A stretch of 50,091 bases of DNA from Eubacteriales bacterium (GTDB lineage: Bacteria; Bacillota; Clostridia; Oscillospirales; CAG-272). Made by a program: the position numbers and the translations under genes. Within the stretch, counting starts at the first letter, position 1; every line of letters begins with the position of its first letter. The notes under the pieces were generated by a model that saw only the letters and a program-made list of their open reading frames with translations, did not search any database and was not told the DNA's origin. This document shows positions 46,289-50,091 of this stretch, piece by piece. The stretch covers positions 1-50,091 of the forward strand of contig JAZRFU010000071.1 of the NCBI GenBank assembly GCA_045643865.1. The letters are read 5' to 3'.

Positions 46289-46317
46289 AACCACCCTTCA
46301 AAAAGGGTGGTTTTTTA
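46289..46317 (+). terminator. radA terminator
   Basis: AACCACCCUU-CAAAA-AGGGUGGUUUUUUAUUU. Confidence 0.7.
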
Positions 46318-46318
46318 T

Positions 46319-46347
46319 TTGACAACGTATATTTTTTGTGGTATAAT
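46319..46347 (+). promoter_or_regulatory. Sigma-A consensus promoter (extended -10) of the TerB/ATPase/helicase operon
   Basis: TTGACA (46319-46324), a 17-nt spacer ending in TGg, then TATAAT (46342-46347). Confidence 0.6.
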
Positions 46348-46397
46348 AATATATTACCAAGAATTACGAGATTTCACGAGGGGGGAGGTTTGATTTT

Positions 46398-48116
46398 ATG
46401 AGTATATATGAAAAGGGCGATGGCTTTTGGAATCTTGACGATTATGTAAGACCGTCTAAAAGCCAATCTTCAAAGAGCACATATAAAGCAAGCTTGAAAA
46501 GCGACAGTACAGTAGTAGAGATAGTCGCGCCGCAAGACCAAAAGCGCAGTTCTTCACAATTTAATGACTCCAAATTAACTCACAGTCAAGACAGTGTTAT
46601 AACTAAATTCATTCCCCCGAAAAGTGATGCTGTTTTCGCTCCCAAGCATGTGCTATTCGAATATTCTCCGCAAAATCCTTTTATAAAAAGCGTGAGAGTG
46701 CTTGCCGACAAGCCCGATAGCCGCATATTCGTAACGGATAATCTTTTTATGCGCGAGCGTCGCGCATTACTTGACAGAACGGTGAAGGAATCGCCGTTTA
46801 TTCCCTTTTATTCTTACGCTCCAAGATATTCACAGCTAACCAAGCCCCAGCTCAAATGGTATCTTTGGTGGCGAGAAAACGTACGCGCGGGAAACTTTAT
46901 GAAAACCGACCAGTCGTATATAATGCTTTATGCATACGAGCTGGCGGCAAGTGAGGACGGCGAGGATAAGCAAAAGGCGCTCGAATCATTGTGCGCTCTG
47001 CTCACTCACTATTCCGACCGCGAAATACCGCTCGTTTTCAAAATGATAATACGCGATATGATATGCGATTTCTGCCTCATTAACCGCCTGACTCCACCTA
47101 TGGATTCGTTAGGCGAGGCGGGGCGTCAGATACTTTACGGATCATTTCTTCCCGAGCTTTTCGTCGATCTTTCACACGATAACAACGGCGCGATAATCTC
47201 CTCGCTCTCTGTGTACGATTATCGCAGAAGTAAGTTTTTCAACGAACAGACCAAAACGGTATTTATGCGTGCAATACACGGAGCTTTGAGGACTGTTATG
47301 GACAATGCGGAAGCATTTGAGGCAATAACCTCATTTACCAAGGGAGTTTACGGATCTATAACGGCGGAGCGCCACCCGTTCGTGCGAATGACCAATATCG
47401 TAAATCGCAACGTAACTGTAGAAATAAGCTACTTTGAAATGTCGAATATGAGATCGGCAATAACGGACATTGTAAGATATTCCGAAAACAAGGTACGAGA
47501 GCATCTGGGAATAAAGAACAAGATCAACGTAATGTCTGTCAATCCGATTGCCAAAGGCGTAATAGACCGCTTTTTCGCCGAAAACCTTCCCGCGCAAGCG
47601 ATGGCGGATCGCCGCAGACGTGAAAATCGAATTACAGAAGCACTTGAAAACGAATATGACAAGCTATACGACGTTCCAAAAGCTGAAATATCTACCGAAA
47701 ACGCCATGCTCATAGAGCGCGAATCCTGGAACACCACCAAAATACTCGTCGAAGCGTTTTCCGACGGTATGGAAGGTGAGAGCGACAGCTATGCTATGCC
47801 GCAGGAACAAATAGCAGCACCCGACACAATAAATCCGATAGATATTCCATCACCCATGCAAGTGTATGCGGACACATCGGATACGTTCTTGCAGATCAAA
47901 TCAAAGCTTGGCGATATTTCCGAATTTATATCTCTGTGCCTAAACAAAGACGCGCGAGCGCAACGTACGTTTGCTCATACTCACGGTTATAGCACAGACG
48001 AGCTTGCAGACCGCATCAACGAGGCGGCACTGGAGGTCATTGGAGACATAATTCTTGAGGAAGAAGGACAAGCTTACTCTGTAATAGAAGATTATATTTC
48101 CCTTTTTAACACCTGA
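46398..48116 (+). CDS. TerB-N / TerB-C domain protein (SngA-like)
   Basis: PRYSQLTKPQLKWYLWWRENVRAGNFMKTDQSYIMLYAYELA is a TerB-N-type core. The C-terminal STDELADRINEAALEVIGDIILEEEGQAYSVIEDY is TerB-C-type. The N-terminal ~100 aa is S/K/Q-rich. RBS GGGGGAGG. Confidence 0.65.
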   Translation: MSIYEKGDGFWNLDDYVRPSKSQSSKSTYKASLKSDSTVVEIVAPQDQKRSSSQFNDSKLTHSQDSVITKFIPPKSDAVFAPKHVLFEYSPQNPFIKSVRVLADKPDSRIFVTDNLFMRERRALLDRTVKESPFIPFYSYAPRYSQLTKPQLKWYLWWRENVRAGNFMKTDQSYIMLYAYELAASEDGEDKQKALESLCALLTHYSDREIPLVFKMIIRDMICDFCLINRLTPPMDSLGEAGRQILYGSFLPELFVDLSHDNNGAIISSLSVYDYRRSKFFNEQTKTVFMRAIHGALRTVMDNAEAFEAITSFTKGVYGSITAERHPFVRMTNIVNRNVTVEISYFEMSNMRSAITDIVRYSENKVREHLGIKNKINVMSVNPIAKGVIDRFFAENLPAQAMADRRRRENRITEALENEYDKLYDVPKAEISTENAMLIERESWNTTKILVEAFSDGMEGESDSYAMPQEQIAAPDTINPIDIPSPMQVYADTSDTFLQIKSKLGDISEFISLCLNKDARAQRTFAHTHGYSTDELADRINEAALEVIGDIILEEEGQAYSVIEDYISLFNT

Positions 48117-48149
48117 TAAAAGTCAATATCAAAGGAGTATCAATTATAT

Positions 48150-49550
48150 ATGAACAGTTCCCTTAATACGACATCTTATCCTACAGTGCCCCGCAGAATA
48201 CTCTCCTCTCTGCTCTCCAGCGTATCTGCGGGCGTAGTTCCGAGAGTCGGAGCGCCTTATATCGCTATCGGAAGAAATGATGAAATAGGCGCATTTTTGT
48301 CCGACCTTGAGGAGATAAATGAGGGCGGCGGCGCTATGCGTTTCCTTATTGGACGATACGGAAGCGGAAAGAGCTTTCTTATGCAGCTTATCCGTGGGTA
48401 CGCCCTCGAACGCGATTTTCTGACTGCGGACTGCGATCTTTCCCCCGAAAGACGTCTTTGCGGTAGCGGTCACGGCGGAATATCGACCTATCGCGAGCTT
48501 ATGAAAAATCTCGCTTCAAAATCCTCACCCGACGGAGCTGCGCTCTCAAAGGTTATCTCGCGTTGGATCGGAAAGCTTCGCTCGGAGCTTGTCGGAAGCG
48601 ACATATCTCCCGACAGTCCCTCATTTGAACGCGAGCTTGCCAAAAAAATCAACGCCGAGCTTGCCGAGCTTGAATTTTTCGTTGGCGGATTTGATTTTTC
48701 CAGAGTCATATTTGAATATTACAAGGCGAGCATTTCGGACAGCGAGGACGCCAATGCAAAAATGAGCGCCTGCCTTTGCTGGATGCGCGGTGAATACTCA
48801 AACAAAACCGAAGCAAAGCGCGCTCTCGGATTTTCAGTATCAGTAATCATAGATGACGACAACTGGTACGATTTTCTTAAGCTCTGGGCGGTATTGTCCA
48901 AACGAATGGGCTATCGCGGTCTTGTCGTATTCATTGACGAATGTGTCAACCTTTACAAAATCCCCCATAGAATAAGCCGCGAGAACAACTACGAAAAGAT
49001 TCTCTCCATGTTCAACGACACCCTGCAAGGTCGCGCCCCCGGACTTGATATAATCTTTGGCGGTACACCCCAATTTCTCGAAGATACAAGACGCGGACTT
49101 TTCAGCTACGAGGCATTGCGCTCGCGTCTTTGCGATAGCAGATTTGCGCTTGACGGCTTCAAAAATCTCATAGGTCCCGTTATCCGCTTGCGCCGACTTA
49201 CAGACGACGAGCTTTTTGCGCTCATTCAAAGAGTAACAGTTCTCTATTCTCAATATTATAATTGGGAATGTACTGTTACCAATGAGGACCGCTTGAAATT
49301 CCTCAATATATGTCTTTCGCGCGCGGGCGCGGACAGTATGATAACTCCCCGTGAGATGCTGCGCGATTATATGACTGTCCTCAATATCCTTATGCAGAAT
49401 CCTACCGCTAAATTTGACGACGTGGTTGGAAGCTGCGTTACGTTGAAAACAGACAAGGTCAGCGAAGACGTATCAGATGAAACAACCGTGCCGACAACTA
49501 AAAATGACACTCAAGCCAAGCGCTATTCCGCGCAGGATATAGAGTTTTGA
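48150..49550 (+). CDS. DUF2791-family P-loop ATPase (BrxD-like / SngB-like)
   Basis: RRILSSLLSSVSAGVVPRVGAPYIAIGRNDEI..GGGAMRFLIGRYGSGKSFLMQLIRGYALERDFLTADCDLSPERRL. Walker A GSGKS, Walker B LVVFIDE. RBS AAAGGAG. Confidence 0.65.
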   Translation: MNSSLNTTSYPTVPRRILSSLLSSVSAGVVPRVGAPYIAIGRNDEIGAFLSDLEEINEGGGAMRFLIGRYGSGKSFLMQLIRGYALERDFLTADCDLSPERRLCGSGHGGISTYRELMKNLASKSSPDGAALSKVISRWIGKLRSELVGSDISPDSPSFERELAKKINAELAELEFFVGGFDFSRVIFEYYKASISDSEDANAKMSACLCWMRGEYSNKTEAKRALGFSVSVIIDDDNWYDFLKLWAVLSKRMGYRGLVVFIDECVNLYKIPHRISRENNYEKILSMFNDTLQGRAPGLDIIFGGTPQFLEDTRRGLFSYEALRSRLCDSRFALDGFKNLIGPVIRLRRLTDDELFALIQRVTVLYSQYYNWECTVTNEDRLKFLNICLSRAGADSMITPREMLRDYMTVLNILMQNPTAKFDDVVGSCVTLKTDKVSEDVSDETTVPTTKNDTQAKRYSAQDIEF

Positions 49551-49561
49551 GGTGCTATGAT

Positions 49562-50091
49562 ATGACACAGGCAGACCTTATATTTGAACGCTTTCCCGAT
49601 TTCATACGGGAATACATTTATTCTCATTCTTGGGAGTCCCTACGCGACGTACAGATAGCGGCGGCTAAAACTATATTTGAAACGGACAACAATCTGCTCT
49701 TAACCTCGTCCACCGCAAGCGGTAAGACCGAAGCCGCCTTTTTCCCTATACTTTCGCTTATGCACGACGACCCCCCGTCCAGCATTGGAGTTTTGTATAT
49801 AGCGCCCTTGAAAAGTCTTATAAACGATCAATTTGACCGACTTGAAGAGCTGCTTGATATGACGGGAGTGAAGGTAACGCATTGGCACGGTGACGTAGCA
49901 ATGTCACACAAAAAAAAGCTGCTTGAGCACCCGTCGGGTATATTACAAATAACACCCGAATCGCTTGAAGCAATGCTCATAAACCGTTCCAATGACATTC
50001 CGCGCCTGTTCGGTGATCTTCGTTTTATAGTCATTGACGAAATACACACCTTGACGGGCACTGATCGCGGAAATCAGATAATATGTCAGCT
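49562..50091 (+). CDS. Lhr-like DEAD/DEAH-box superfamily-2 helicase, N-terminal part (continues beyond the window; SngC/BrxHI-like)
   Basis: Not in the ORF track because it runs off the edge. My translation gives MTQADLIFERFPDFIREYIYSHSWESLRDVQIAAAKTIFETDNNLLLTSSTASGKTEAAFFPILS...YIAPLKSLINDQ...FIVIDEIHTL, with motifs Q, I, Ia and II. It starts 11 nt after the ATPase stop. Confidence 0.75.
   Translation, partial: MTQADLIFERFPDFIREYIYSHSWESLRDVQIAAAKTIFETDNNLLLTSSTASGKTEAAFFPILSLMHDDPPSSIGVLYIAPLKSLINDQFDRLEELLDMTGVKVTHWHGDVAMSHKKKLLEHPSGILQITPESLEAMLINRSNDIPRLFGDLRFIVIDEIHTLTGTDRGNQIICQ

Overview
This 50-kb window looks like a chromosomal segment of a moderate-GC Firmicute, most likely a spore-forming member of the Clostridia. 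Supporting signs are spoIVA, a T-box leader, an SLH surface protein, AGGAGG-type ribosome-binding sites and many near-perfect TTGACA-17-TATAAT promoters. I support about 46 protein-coding genes, one tRNA-Arg(CCT), one T-box riboswitch, several rho-independent terminators, and an unusual repeat-rich intergenic region downstream of rpsI. Most genes are housekeeping: thrS, mgsA, tex, murE, murA, dusB, dat, tcdA, gpmI, rplM-rpsI, radA and pseudouridine synthases. Scattered among them are sugar and uronate-utilisation genes: an MsmK-like ABC ATPase, an RpiB/LacAB-like isomerase, an esterase, an MFS transporter, a heparinase II/III-like protein, uxaC and a 2-hydroxyacid dehydrogenase. No transposase, integrase, CRISPR array or rRNA was seen. 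Candidates for new biology, in order: (1) a three-gene operon next to radA encoding a TerB-N/TerB-C protein, a DUF2791 (BrxD-like) ATPase and an Lhr-like helicase; it resembles the Shango anti-phage system and is cut off by the window end. (2) An ABC-DUF1854-ABC operon in which both ABC half-transporters carry an N-terminal soluble domain plus zinc ribbon. (3) An operon encoding a DUF5685-like protein, a J-domain protein with a cysteine-string tail, and a membrane protein. (4) A heptanucleotide microsatellite and a modular dyad-repeat region between rpsI and a small-gene promoter. All family assignments come from reading the translated ORFs and recalling family motifs; no searches were run.
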